Shown here one piece after another: positions 31,869 through 47,754 of a stretch of 64,000 nt of DNA. A program made the position numbers and the translations under genes. A model generated the notes under the pieces. The model did no database searches. It was not told where the DNA came from and was given only the letters and a program-made list of their open reading frames with translations. Every line of letters starts with the position of its first letter. Position 1 is the first letter of the stretch. The DNA comes from the human T2T-CHM13v2.0 reference genome, Homo sapiens. The DNA lies in assembly GCF_009914755.1 (NCBI RefSeq), contig NC_060936.1; one strand, written 5' to 3'.

Positions 31869-33337
31869 CTTTGGAAACAAACATTAAGCTGTTTAATGAG
31901 CCTGAAGATTATTTTTAAAGTTTAAATTTTAGGCTTTTAACAAGACTTTTATAAAAATCACACCCTTTTCTTGTTGTTGTGTATTGGTGGTAATTGGTGG
32001 TAAAGAGATGGAGAATACATGCATAAGACCACAGAAAGAAAACTGTCACCACCAGAAATTTTCCTAAATTTAATACCGAACCATAGTTTTCAAAGTGTTT
32101 TTAAAATGGCAACTTTTGCATGACGGTTCTTTCCGATATACATTATCAAAAGGGTAACTGCAAGAGGGGTTATGATCACTAATATCACAAGATGCAAATG
32201 TTTACAAGAAACACTTGGCAGTTAGTCAGTGTTCAATAAAGCTTGGTGTATACTCAAACACAGCTCAGCTGCAATCTTTCCTAATACTGGCTCTACAACT
32301 TGGACACACCCTGGCTTTTTCCCTTAACACAGGATAGTGCAGTATTAAAGAGCATGGACTTTGGGCTTCAGAGTTTGAATTCCAGCTCTAAAACTTTTGG
32401 GTGGCCCTGGGAAAGTCATTGAACATTTCAGTTTCCTCATTTCTAGAGTGGAAATAATAAAAGTCCTACCTTATATAGTTATTTTAAAGAATAAATGAGT
32501 TAAAATATGTCAAGGATCCACACCAGCATATATATATATATATATGTATTAATTGCTATCATTGATTTTATTTTCTTCCCCATTTTCAAACAAAACTTTA
32601 GCACTGTGTCTCTTGAGTTTTCTTCTTTTTCATATTTTAATCACCCTAGTAGCCCAGATCCGCATCGTGCCTAACTTAAGTTATAACATAAATGATACTC
32701 TTTTTTCTATTTTCTACTGTTTCATTAAACAAAATGGGACAGTGGAAAATAGACCTCCAAATCTCTTTTTTCATGGTACTTAACCATACATATGCTTTCT
32801 CCCCACTTGGCCACTTATATGAATAATATCCGTTCTTTATGGCTTAAACTCAAAACCTCATGAAGTCTCTCCTTTCTACCCCACTCCACAATGAGCCTTT
32901 CTTTCTCAGATTGTGCAGCTCACAAATCTGCTCCACATGGATCCTTCCAGCAGGGATGCAGCATTGTCTATCATTTTCTCATTGTCTCACATATCTACGT
33001 CATCTCTCCTAACTAGACTAAGAGCTGTTAAAGGCAAGCACCAATTCTTCCACTTTCTGAGCAGCCCCCACAGTAGCCGAAGAGGAACAGGACACAGAAG
33101 GAATTTAAGCATTTACTGATTTGTTGCACTAAAGCAGAATCACTGTGTAAGCTATATCCTCATGAAAGAATGGTACCATGAAGACCCACTTTAATTAAAT
33201 GGGGTCAATTTCAACTGAGCAAAAAAGCCATGCCAAGGAGACTAAACACAATTTAATAAGACTAATGGTCATAATATGTGGTAATAGGAGGAAAAAAGAG
33301 GGGGAAAAAAAGAAAAGACTGATGGTCAATAACATAA

Positions 33338-33589
<252 letters not shown>

Positions 33590-33659
33590 TGATCTGCCCG
33601 CCACAGCCTCCCAAGTGCTGGGATTACAGGCGTGAGCCACTGCGCCTGGCCAAAAAACC

Positions 33660-35270
33660 CAATCTTTAAATGGATAAAAGACTTTGGAGGAATAGATATT
33701 CCTCCAAAGAAGGTATACAAATGGCCAATAAGCACATGAAAAGATGCTAAGCATCATTAGTCATTAAGGAAATGCATAAAATCACAATGAGGTACAACTT
33801 CATATCCACAAAGATGGCTATAATCAGAAAAATGGAAAATAACAAATGTTGGTGAGGATGTAGAGAAAATAGAACCATTATACTTTGGAGATGAGAACGT
33901 AAAATGGTATGGCCACTTTGGGAAACAGTTTAGCAGTCCCTCCAAGGGTAAACATACAGTTACCATATGACCCAGCGATTCCACTCCTACGTATGTGCCC
34001 AAGAGTATGAAAAACATCCACACAAAACTTACATACTAATGTTCATAACAGCATTATTCAAAATAGCCAAAAAGTAGAAACAACTCAAATGTCCATCAAC
34101 TTATGAATGGATAAACAAAATGGGATATTATCCACACTATGAAATATAATTCAACCATAAAAAGTAATGAAGTACTGATTCATGCTGTAATATGGATGAA
34201 CCTCGAAAACATTATGTTAAGTTTAAAAAGCAGTCACAGACTCACTCCATCCTGCCACCCTGTGAAGACGCCTGCTTCTCCTTTGCCTTCCGCCATGATT
34301 GTAAGTTTCCTAAGGCCTCTCCAGCAATGCGCAACTGATGGATAAAACAACTTGGAACCAATAAAAAAGAGCTGGGTCTGGTGTCAAGAGACTTGGACCA
34401 CATCACTTCACCTGTCTGAGCCTCAGTGACCACGTAGTGATCCCATGGCTAAAGACTGAGAAAGATCTAGGATCACTGGTGTCCAATAATAAATGCACAT
34501 TTGCAAGCACTAAGGAGAAAACCTCACTCCATGTACTTTCTTCCTGGAGACCAAGCCCACTACAGCAAGGAGTATCTTCAAGCGAGGGTGGAATTGTGCA
34601 TGAATAGAGAATACTCTCCATCTCTTCTCACATCACACAGCTCTCCAGTTGATACAATATTCAACTATATTTACATCGAGGGAAAAATGATTCTATATTT
34701 ATATATAACTCTCCATAATGTGTCAAGTGTCCTCACACTATCCTATGTGGTAGGTATAATCATCTGCACATTTTTTTTAATGGGAAAGTTGAGGCTTTGA
34801 ATGATTAATTTCCCCAAGATAATAGTTACTAAAAGAAACAAGATTTTTACATGTCTGTCTGCATCTACTTTTATAGCTCCTGATTTTATTCGTAGCTCAG
34901 CCACCATAATATGCACAGAATGAGACAAAATAATAAGTGGTATTTTGCTACTATCGAGTAAAACCAAAAATTAAAAATCAAGCAAATAAACAAACAAACG
35001 AAAAAGCAGTCATAAAAGGCCATATGTTGTATAATTCCATTTACATGAAAAGTAGAGTATAGGTAACTCCACAGAGACAGAAAGTAGATTGGTAGATGCC
35101 AGGGGTCAGGGAGTAGGAGAGCAACTGTTGATGAGTATGAGGTTTCTTTTTGGGGTGACGGATAGATTAGTGGTAATGACTGCACAACTCTGTGAACATA
35201 TTAAAAACCACTGAATTGTATATTTTAAAGGGGTGAAATTTACGGTGTGTGAGTTATATTTCAATAAAGC
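33660..35270 (+). mobile_element. Old L1 (L1MB-like) 3' portion, interrupted by the 34237-35000 insert
   Basis: L1 ORF2-end/3'UTR motifs (caaatgtccatcaac...atggataaacaaaatg; gaaaacattatg..aagt; gagacagaaagtagatt; gaattgtatattttaaa). Confidence 0.85.
34237..35000 (+). pseudogene. TSD-flanked retrocopy of a THE1/MST-LTR-initiated, probably spliced, non-coding RNA
   Basis: TSD aaaaagcagtca at 34225-34236 and 35001-35012; A-rich tail ~34960-35000; THE1-like segment 34237-34336; the host L1 resumes exactly after the second TSD. Confidence 0.75.
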
Positions 35271-36135
35271 CACCGCCCCCAGCCTGAGGAACATTTAATT
35301 CTATACTTTATCCCATTTAACTATGTGTGCACTCTGAAGCCAAAATTACACTGCTTTCATTACTACAGTGTGCCTCCTTATAATAATATATGGATATTTT
35401 AAAATACTAACACATTTTTACACATTTGCTTTTCTATGTCTTATGCTTAGTATTTTGTATATGTGTCCTAAAATGGAGGTGTTTTACATATGTATTTTAA
35501 TAGCTTTGAAATTCTATTGGCAGGGCGTGGTGGCTCATGCCTGTAATCCCAGCACTTTGGGAGGCCAAGGTGGGTGGATCACCTGAGGCCAGGAATTCCA
35601 GAACAGACTGGCCAACATGGCGAAACGCCATCTCTACTAAAAATAAAAAAATTAGCCGGGCATGGTGGCATGTGCCTGTAATCTCAGCTACTAGGGAGGC
35701 TGAGGCAGGAGAATCACTTCAACCCGGGAGGCAGAAGTTGCAGTAGGCTGAGATCATGCCACTGCACTCCAGCCTGGGTGACAGAGCAAGACTCCGTCTA
35801 AAAAAAAAGAAATTCTATCATAGTGAGTAGAGCTCTTGCTGTATCATCAGTAAATAATGTGACAAAATATTATTTTATTTCCTAAAACTTTGTTGAACTG
35901 ATTATTTCTATTAATTTTATAGGACAATAGTTTTCAAAACTATACTAATATGCCATCCACAAAAAATTATATTGTTAAATCTTCCTAGCCTATTTGATAA
36001 TTGGTATTTTTTGTTATCAGAGAGCTATTGCAAACAACTATTTAACAAAGTAAGTTTTAAATAATTAATAGGAAAGCTTTAAATTTCAGAGTTTGAGATA
36101 AATCGAGGAAAGTGCCACAAGTAAAATTCACTTAC

Positions 36136-36294
36136 TTTTTAAAGATGACAAACCACTTGTTCCACCAAAAAGAGATCGGGTGGCAGAGCTGCCTGATCCC
36201 CCTGGAGGAGGCACCAGCATCACCAAGTAGGTGCCACAGGTATATATGGGTGTCTTCCGCAGCATTTTTAGAGGCAGCCCACAGCTAGTATTTG
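36136..36294 (-). CDS. HECTD4: HECTD4 coding exon (NTSCGLPLKMLRKTPIYTCGTYLVMLVPPPGGSGSSATRSLFGGTSGLSSLK)
   Basis: ctccag|CA ... AAAA|gtaagt, 159 nt, phase 1/1. Confidence 0.9.
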
Positions 36295-36659
36295 CTGGAG
36301 AAAGGAATGAAAATGCTAAATCAAAATATTTGACACAAAAGTTAATTTGATTACCAACACAGATTAGGATATAATGAGGGAGACCCAAACTCAAACAAAG
36401 ATTTGGAAAACAGATTTCCAGATTAGGAAAACAGAATAAGAAGTAATAGCTAAGGAAAAAAATAATTATCTTCTGGCTCCACAGCCTGACCCTGAGCCTC
36501 CTATTTATATGGTCTGAACATTTCTTGACAGTGCTCCCAATCCTCAATATGCCATCATGCCTCTACAAATTATTCCAAAAAAATAAATCCTCACATGGAC
36601 TAAATCTCAAAATAAGAGAAGAATCCTAGTATTTGTTTGTGTTTCCCCTAGAAAACTGA

Positions 36660-36945
36660 TATAGGTTGAGTACATTTATCTGAAATGCCTGGGACCAGAA
36701 GTGTTTTGGATTTCAGATTTTTTCAGAATTTGAAATATTTGGATTATACTTAAGAGTTGAGCATTCCTAATTGAAAAATCCAAAATCCAAAATATTCCAG
36801 TGAACATTTCCTTTGTTTTCATTTATTTTTACTCATTACATCTGAGATTAGTGAGAACATTTCCTTTGAGCATCATGTAGGCACTCAAAAAGTTTCAGAT
36901 TTGGGAGCATTTTAGATTTTTAGATTTGGGATGAACAACCTATAT
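36660..36945. mobile_element. Tigger4/MER46-like DNA transposon
   Basis: Inverted termini ataggttg...caacctat; internal gaaatgc.tgggaccagaagtgttttggatttc. Confidence 0.7.
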
Positions 36946-37720
36946 TCCAATCAAGATCTTGGTTTTTTTTTCCCATTTTATATAGAACAAATTCTTGACA
37001 GGCTTGTGATATTAAACTCATAATAAACAGCTTTCAACATGAAATCGGCCAAAATTTCAACCTAATGAAAGCTTTCACAATATCTATCACAAAACAATTT
37101 TATAGCTGTGTAATTTATTATAACCCCTTATATACATTTTTCTTTTTTTTAAGGGTCAATGACATAAACTGTCATTAGGAAAATAATTATTGTTTCTAAT
37201 CAAGAGGTGTAAAATGTACTTTAATCTCCCTTACTGGCATATCTAGAAAGTGGAGTGAATTTACGGATTTTCTATATACAAGCCTAGCGAGGATTGATTA
37301 TGTCAACAGAGAATCAACTGGAGTGCTTTACTTAGAAAGCTGTCAGGCTATAAAATATAACTTATTATCTATAGCCTGGATAGATGAAAATCATTTTTAG
37401 ATGGTTTAGATTAGAAGAGTGAGTAAAGTGAAACCTAATCTATCTGATATTTGTTTTGAATGCTTGTGCTTCTAAAAAGCTTTTTTTTTTTTAAGCTGCA
37501 AGCCCCCACCAAGTATATTCTTCATTAAGGACATAAATTCAAGAAGATAAATTTCCACTGGTAAGAAACCTAAAGACAGCAATAATTGGAAAATTAGCAA
37601 CTTTGTGAGTATACCATTTTCACCAAGATGTTTTCAATAGACATATGCTTATTAAGATGGCAATAGGTATTAGTTTTTAATGGAATAAAAACTTTTTTTT
37701 TTTTTTTTTTTTGAGACTGA

Positions 37721-38053
<333 letters not shown>

Positions 38054-38966
38054 TAACTGGTGAATTTTTAATTTAATGTAGCAACATCACGTTAAAGAAT
38101 CCACATAAAAGTACGATGATTGCTTAAGCCCAGGAGTTTGAGACCAGCCTGGACAACATAACAAGACCTCATGTTTTTTTTAAAAAAAAAAAGTACAATG
38201 AGACCACATGTTTAGAATACAGATACCCGTTTCTACCAAATTCTAGTATATGTGCTGCCAAAGCGTGCACATTTCTACCAAATTCTAAATATGTCCTTGC
38301 CTTCTGAGGTCTTTCTTTGATATTATACATATTTTCAACAAGCATTCTTTTAGTATTTCCATTGTTTAGGGTAAGATTTCATTTTCTCCCAAGGGACAAA
38401 CCCAGATCAGGCCTTCAGCTTGTCATGAAAATGTTTATTTAGGTAACAACAAAAACAAAAACAAAAAAAACTGTCCTCTAGAAAGTATCTTCTACAGTTG
38501 GAATTATCCACTTACCCAAATCATAAAAACTATTAACAATTTTGCCACTTACCTTTGATACAAAAGAAGCCTGTGAAAATAAAATACTGTCCTTAAATTC
38601 TAATATGGACTAATAAGTATTTAATTTGGTAGTCTCATAATAAATTAACTATAAATATTTTCTCTTCCTAGCATTTCCAACTATAAAAATAAAGCATAAG
38701 ATTACACTGAATTCATTAAATGCATATTAATTCAGATGCAGTTTTCTACATATGGCATCTTTTTCTAGCTTTATCTTTTACTGCAGTTCATAGTTTGCTA
38801 TAAATCCAAATATTTGGTATGTAATCTGTAAACTCTATGGAATAATGGTTCTTAATGTTTTTGGGGGTCATAGATGACTCTGAAAATCTAATGAAAGTTA
38901 TGACAGATACATATAAAATGATATCTAAAACTTTGAGGGAGTATGTTTAATAACATACTCCCTTAA

Positions 38967-39412
<446 letters not shown>

Positions 39413-40017
39413 TTATATTTGCATAAACAAACACTGGAAGGATAAATGAAAACTAATAAATATAGTTACCTGTGGTGGGGTAGGGTGGGGTCACAATATA
39501 AAATTTACCAACATGGTAAGAATAAGACTTCTCTGCATATACCTTTTTACATTGTTTTGACTTTCAAATTCTGTACGTGTATTATCTATTTTAAAACATT
39601 AAATTAAAAAACTAAATGATAAATTCTAAAAAACAAAATATCTACTGTAGAAGGCTTTTCTGTTATTTGCTTGGTCAAGACTGTATTTAGGGAAGATGAT
39701 GCTAAGTATCAGGTTTTCTCATTCACAAAGCATACGCAAAATATGAAATCAACTAATTTATATGAATGGTGATGATGATAAGGTGTTTACAGTTTAACAT
39801 GGGGCTATTTTGCATTCTTACAGGTTCATATGAATTTGTGTCCATAGCCTACAACATGTATTGGCTTGGAATAAAAAGCTGGACAATGACTGGAAGACCA
39901 AATAAAGTCAACTATGCAAAGGAAAGGGCTTTGTACAGCACGGACGAAGTGCTCAATAAGACGTAGCTGAACAGAGCTATACAAGGAAACAGATCTGGGA
40001 AGCACAGAGTAACATAC

Positions 40018-40210
40018 CTGCTTGATCCTCTTTCAGTGTGTTGGAGATGGTGGAACCAGTCAGGGCAGCAAGCGTTGCTGACGGGGAGGCTCTATACCGA
40101 GAAAGTCTACTTAGAAGCATCTCATTAATGCTTTTGGCAGATTCGCCCTCTTTTCTCATTAGAATTGTACGTTCCTGAAGTGGGTTGGCTACAAATACAC
40201 CATTTTCAAC
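40018..40210 (-). CDS. HECTD4: HECTD4 coding exon (VENGVFVANPLQERTILMRKEGESAKSINEMLLSRLSRY...LKEDQA)
   Basis: tgttag|GTT ... GCAG|gtatgt, 193 nt, phase 0/1. Confidence 0.9.
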
Positions 40211-43200
40211 CTAACATAGAAAAAAAGGAGGTCCTAAAATGATATCTGTTTCCATTTAGTTAGCAAATTTCTACTGAGGATATTATTGTGAGTAAATAAA
40301 AAATATTTCAAAAACTGCTCCTGAGTAGATGTATACCTTAAAACTTAAATGTGCTATAGAAACTACTACAAACAAAAGAGACTATGCTAAGTTTGAGATC
40401 TTTCACTTTTCATAATAGCTATAATGTTTAATAGGTCTATGAAAAGTTGTTGATTAAAATTCCTTACACTGGATTCCACAGGCAGCGCTTACTAATTACA
40501 TGCCTCTGACAGGTTGAAGTCAAATGAGAGGAAAACAAATCAATCAGTCTTTGATTTACTGTTAAGGACAACTATGAGGATAATGTCTTCTCGAAATATC
40601 TTCAGTGGCTAAAATCCAAACTCTTTATTAACAGCAGTTAACATTAGCACCAGCTGCTCAGGCCCTGGCAGAGCAAGCCTGGACAAAGCCAGACTTTGCT
40701 AAAAATACACATCAACTTCAACTGGATCTTTGCTGGTGCTTTGCAGTTCTTTCATTCATCACTTGGTTATTCCCCAGAAAAATCTTTGGAGTGGTGACTC
40801 CAAAATTCCTTCACCAATTTTGAGCTTGACTTTCAGCAGACCACCTGGTTTTCTTCTTTCTTCTTTTTTTTTTTTTTTTTCTTTTTCCACCTGGCTTTCT
40901 GTATTGCTAAAAAGATCCAGACCACTTACTATAAGCTTCTCCTACTCACGTCTCTTCCAACTTAAGAATCTTGGGACCCAGCCTCATTTACTATTTCCTT
41001 TGTCTTAATTCAGAGGAAGAAGGATTTCACCTCATATTATTGAAGATGAACCCTTCCACTTCTGCCTCAAGTCCTGTGCTCCCCTCTGCCTCTTCATCAT
41101 TAGTGTCTCCCTCTCTATTGAGTTCCTTCTCTTTGTTTTCAAATATTCACAGGTCTTAAACAAAACCTTGGTGGCCCATTAAAATATCACCCCTTTTGTC
41201 AAATCTCTCATGGCCCCTTTCTAGATCCAAGAACTGGGTCCCCACCAGCAAAGACAGGCAGGACTGGCCTGCAGCTGTGGGGTGTGGAGATAAGAGGGAA
41301 TGGGAGTGCAAAGTGGCAAATCTTCAGAAGCAAAGGGAAAGCAAAAGAGGAGTCCACAGGGAAAGGTTGGTAACACAGAAGGGGCAAGAGAAAGTGAGTA
41401 AACTCAGGAGCACAGCCAGGAAAGATTCCCAAAGGTGGGTGTACGTAGTGGGGGAGTCTTTTATGACATATTCACAAATGATAAAGAAAAAGATTTGTTA
41501 CAGAGTCCAAAAATGCTGTTTCTATTTCCCCATCCCCTGCTTTTTAACCCTTTGCAGTTGGTAGTCTCTGAATTCAGCACACTCTAATGAGTCGGCAATC
41601 TCAATGGTCCACCAGTGACCTAAAACCAAAACCACTGACCTTTTCCTTGACTTCCTTGCAGGTCGCGCCATCACTGCCATCCTTCTTGGGATTCTGATTC
41701 CTTAGTGTTGGTGGCAGAACACAAGCCTGGTTTGTTTCTTTTTGTTTCTTTTTTTTGAGACAGGGTCTTGCTCTGTCACTCAGGCTACAGTGTAGTGGTG
41801 TGATCACAGCTCACTGAACCCTCAATCTCCCCAGGCTCAGATGATCCTCCCACCCCAGCCTCTCGAGTAGCTGGGACCACAGGAATGCGCCACCACATCT
41901 GGCTAATTTTTGTATTAATATTTTTTGTAGAGACAGGGTTTTGCCATGTTGCCCAGGCTGGTCCTGAACTCCTAGGCTCAAGCAATCTGCCTGCCTCAGC
42001 CTCTCAAAGTGCTGGAATTACAGGCGTGAGCCACCATGCCCAGCCTGGTTTGTTTCTTTTTAACATGAACACTTACCTCTGTGTAAAGTGCTCACTGTGC
42101 TGGCGAGTGAAGCCAGCACAGTCCCTGCCCTCCTTCCTGTCTCTCTCTTTGCTGGTCAACATCTTCATTTGCTTAAATGGGACCTTTCCCAAGATTAGAC
42201 CTACCCCTGGTGTCCAAGACCTCCACCTGGAATGCTCTATCCCTAGACCTTCCAGAGACTGGCTCTTTCCTATCATTCAGGTCTTAGTTAAACGTTACCC
42301 ACTCAAAGAGGTCTGCCCTGGTTGCCAATCTAAAAAAGAATCCTCCCCAGCACCCCAACCCAGAGCACATCATGCTGTTTCATTATCTACACAGCACGTA
42401 CTACTCTCTGAAATTATTTTACTCATGAAGTCATTTATTCTTTGCCCTTCTACCTTAACACGTCCCAATGAATGCCAACTCCCTGAGAACAGGGATCCAC
42501 CTGCCTTGTTTGCCATAACATCCCCAGCACTTAGGAGGCATTCAATGAATACTCGATTGCTTGCTGAATAAACAGATCAGGGCCCTCCCCCAAATCCAAC
42601 TCCGCTTCTCTATGGCAACTCCCACATTTCTATTTACAGACCCATCCTTGCTACTACGATCTAGTTCCACTTTTCTAACTGCCCCTCACCCTCCCCACCG
42701 ACATTTCTACTTGAACAGCCTCCTGTCACCTAAAATTCAACACATCCACCTCTTACTTCATTGTCTTACCCCAACTCTCCTACTAGATTAACTTTTAGCA
42801 AGCATAGCTCTATTTACATTGCACAATTCTAAATATACTCCTTCAAAAGCATCCAAGATAAAAATCAATCACTTTAAGCTTGGCATTCAAAAGCATTACC
42901 CAATCTGGCCCTATGAGAAAATCAATAGATACCTTAAAAACAAACAAAACACTATATTATTGTATTTGAGTACTTTGAAAATACTGCAAAGAAAAACTGA
43001 TAAAACACCTGTGTGATACAAGTAGGGCTGAAGTTTGCTGCAAAATGGTAAATCTGCTGGAAATCCCTACTTTAGCAAAGGCGCTCTTCAGGGTAAGAAG
43101 CTGCTGATTTAGGAAGACAGGAAGAGCTGGGAGGAGTGAGAAGCAGCCCAGGCTTCCTTCCTGGCAACCACTCTGGTCCAAGTCCACATCATCTCAAGAG

Positions 43201-43362
43201 AGATTATTAGACCAGCCTCCCAACCTGTCTTCCCACTTCCACAGGCACCCCAATGGTTTACTCTCTGCATAGCCAGTGATCATTTAAAAATGTAAATAAA
43301 GCCAGGCACAGTGGTTCACACCTGTAATCCCAGCACTTTGGGAGGCCAAGAAGGGAAGATCA

Positions 43363-43644
<282 letters not shown>

Positions 43645-43861
43645 TTAAAACCCTGCAGTGGTTTTCCAACACACTTATGATAAAATCCAAATTACTGACA
43701 GGGCCTCACAAGGGCCAATGTCTGCTGACCTCCTCAGCATCATCTGCCTCAACTCAACCCTCTCTCACTACATTTTTAGCTACACTCGCCTTCTGTCACA
43801 CCTCCAAAATACCATGCTTCCTCCTAATGCTGGGCCTTGGTACTTGCTATTCCCTCTTGTG

Positions 43862-43972
43862 CTACCCATCCGTTGCAGTTTGCCTGGAACTGCAGGTTTT
43901 AGCACCGAAAGTTCCATGTCATGAGCAATCAATCCCTCAGTCTCAAGCAAACTGGGATAGTTGGTCACCCTG
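43862..43972 (-). mobile_element. MER81-like hAT-Blackjack MITE inside an L2 remnant
   Basis: Minus strand agggtgaccaac..tccc.gtttgc...gactgaggg...gtgctaaaacc. Confidence 0.65.
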
Positions 43973-44912
43973 TCTGTCAGGATGGATGGCTTCTTATCAT
44001 TCAGGTCTCAGCTCAAATGTCTTTCCTTAGAAAGGCCTTATGTGCCCCGCAAGCTAAAGGAGCTCCCCATCTCCACCCCATGCACTCCCTCTCACATTAT
44101 CCTGTTTAATTTTCTCCCCAGCATTTATCACTAGCTGAAATTATTTTGTTCTTATTGTTTGCTTCCGTATTGTCCCACTTCCCATACTCTAATATAAGCT
44201 CCACGAAAACAAAAGCTTATTTACTGGGCTACCCAGATACGGCAATATAGTATAGGCTCTCAATTAATACAGAATGAAGGAAGGGTAGCTTAGTCATCTG
44301 GATCATAACTGGAAGGAAACAACAAACCCTTAGGGAGAAGAGGGGAAGACTCTTAGTGTGTCCATTACTACATTGACAATACCTTTAGGAAGTAACATAA
44401 GGAGAGAAAAATAGCAATAAAATTGTCACTAATAAAATTTTAAAACTGCAGTTTATATAGAGCACATGGGGGCAGAAGACCTCTCAGAACAAAACAGAAG
44501 TGAGGATATTTTTTCAAAAGAGGCTTGAAAAGGTAAAAAAGAGTTATAGGCTGGGTGCAGTGGCTCCCAGCTGGATTACGCCTGTAATCCCAGTAGGTAG
44601 AGGCAGAGGCAGGAGAACAGCTTGAGCCCAGGAGTTAGAGACCACAGTGAGACCCCACTCTCTAAAAAAAAGAAAAAAAGAGTTATAGAAGATTCTCAAG
44701 CAGGAATGTGTCCAGAGTAGAAGTAGCCAAATCAGGCAGAAAGATTACATGCTTCAGCTATTTTGTAGTCTTAAAGACCAGAATTGTGTTCTAGAGTTTC
44801 AGAAGGCCTGTTGCTCCATGTGGGTAGACTGTCACATTGGTGGCCCCTAATGAATGATGCATCCTTGTATTCATGCCCTTGTATAGTCCCCGTCCAAGTC
44901 TGGACCTGGTCA

Positions 44913-45014
<102 letters not shown>

Positions 45015-45093
45015 TCACTTGAGGCCAGGAGTTCGAGACCAGCCTGGCCAACGTGGTTAAACCCCATCTCTACTAAAAATACAAAATTAGCTA

Positions 45094-45264
<171 letters not shown>

Positions 45265-46563
45265 TCATGCCTGTAATCCCAGCACTTTGGGAGGTTGAGG
45301 CTAGCGATTGCTTGAGCCTAAGAGTTCAAGATCAGCCTGGGCAACATGGCAAAACTCAGTCTATAAAAAAAATATAAAAATTAGCCAGGCATGGTGGCAT
45401 GAGCCTGTAGTCCCAGCTACTCAGGAGGCTGAGGTGGGAGGAATGCTTGAGCCCAGAGTGGGGAGTTTGCAGTGAGTGAGCAGAGATAGTAGCACCACTA
45501 CACTCCAGCCTGGGCCATAGAGCAACACAATGTCTCAAAAAAAGAAAGCATGATGCAAGCAGAGACTTGATATCCACTTGTCCTCTTGAAAAGCTCCTTC
45601 CTGAAAACCAGCTTCCATGATGTCGAGCTTCAGCATACATTACTGAATAATGGATGCCAAGTGGAGAGAGGCCCTAGAGGATGACAGGCCATCTTCAGTG
45701 GCACAGCCCAAGCTAAGCTCCCAGTTGAATGAAGCTGCAGATGTGACTTCAGCTTCACCATGCAGAGCAGAAGAACCACCCAGCTGAGCCCCATCAACCT
45801 ATACATCATTGTTACCTGAAGTTACTTAGCTTGGGGATTGTTCACTGAGTAAAAGTAAATAACTGAAATACCTTAAAAGTCAGAGAAATTCTATGATCCA
45901 AATGTTAGAGGTCATTTTATATTAATAATAGTTTGTTAGTTAAGCAGGATAATCTCGACATTCCATTTTGTTACATCATATTCCTAAATATATCTCTTCT
46001 CCTCTCTTCTTTTTCTTTTCTTTTTGAGACAGGGTCTTGGTGTATCACCCAAGCTGGAGTGCAGTGGCACGATCATGGCTCACTGCAGCCTTGACCTTCA
46101 GGGCTCAAGCGATCCTCCCACCTCATGCTACTTACTAGCTGAGACTACAGGTGTGAACCACCACACCCAGCTAATTAAAAAAAATTTTTTTGTAGAAATG
46201 GGGTCTCACTATGTTGCCCAGGCTGGCCTAAATATATTTCTATAGTCTGCCTTTTATAACAACTAGTTATCTAATTCCATGCTTAGTTAACAAGGTATCA
46301 TTTTGAGAGGTAAGCATGGCTAGTTAGATTCTGCTCTCTGATCTTAGTCGTTTCAATCCATTAGTTTTCCCTGAGTCTTAGGTACCAAGAGATCTATTTG
46401 GTATAATCAAGCTGAGCTGACTGTTTTATGAAAAATGACATAATGGAGGAATACAGATGGTGTTCCAAGAATTTTTTTAATGTTTAGGTTTTTTTTTCTA
46501 ATGATAAAACTAATATATGGTTACTCTTGGAAATCTGGGGGGAAGAAAGAAAACTATAAATAA

Positions 46564-46897
<334 letters not shown>

Positions 46898-47286
46898 TAA
46901 AGGGATAATCAGTTAATGTTTTAAGTTCTAGCATTTAAAGAAGTCAGGCCAGGCACAGTGGCTCATGTCTTTAATCCCAGCACTTTGAGAGGCCGAGGCT
47001 GGTAGATTGCTTGAGCTCAGGAGTTTGAGACCAACCTGGGCAACATGGTGAAACCCCATCTATACAAAACATACCAAAATTAGCCCAGCAAGGTGGTGTG
47101 TGCCTGTGGTCCCAGCTACTTGGGAGGCTAGGTGAGAGGATCACTTGAGCCCGGGAGGTTGAGGCTACAGTAAGCCGTGATCATACCACTGCACTCCAGC
47201 CTGAGTGATAAAGTGAGAGCTAGTCTCAAAAAAAATAATCAATCAATCAATCAATCATAGGCTCTAGAAAATAATTTTTTAAATTA

Positions 47287-47754
<468 letters not shown>

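Noticed and set aside
41885-42571. 228-aa plus-strand ORF
   Set aside because: Antisense Alu translation running into L2 sequence; no protein-like features.
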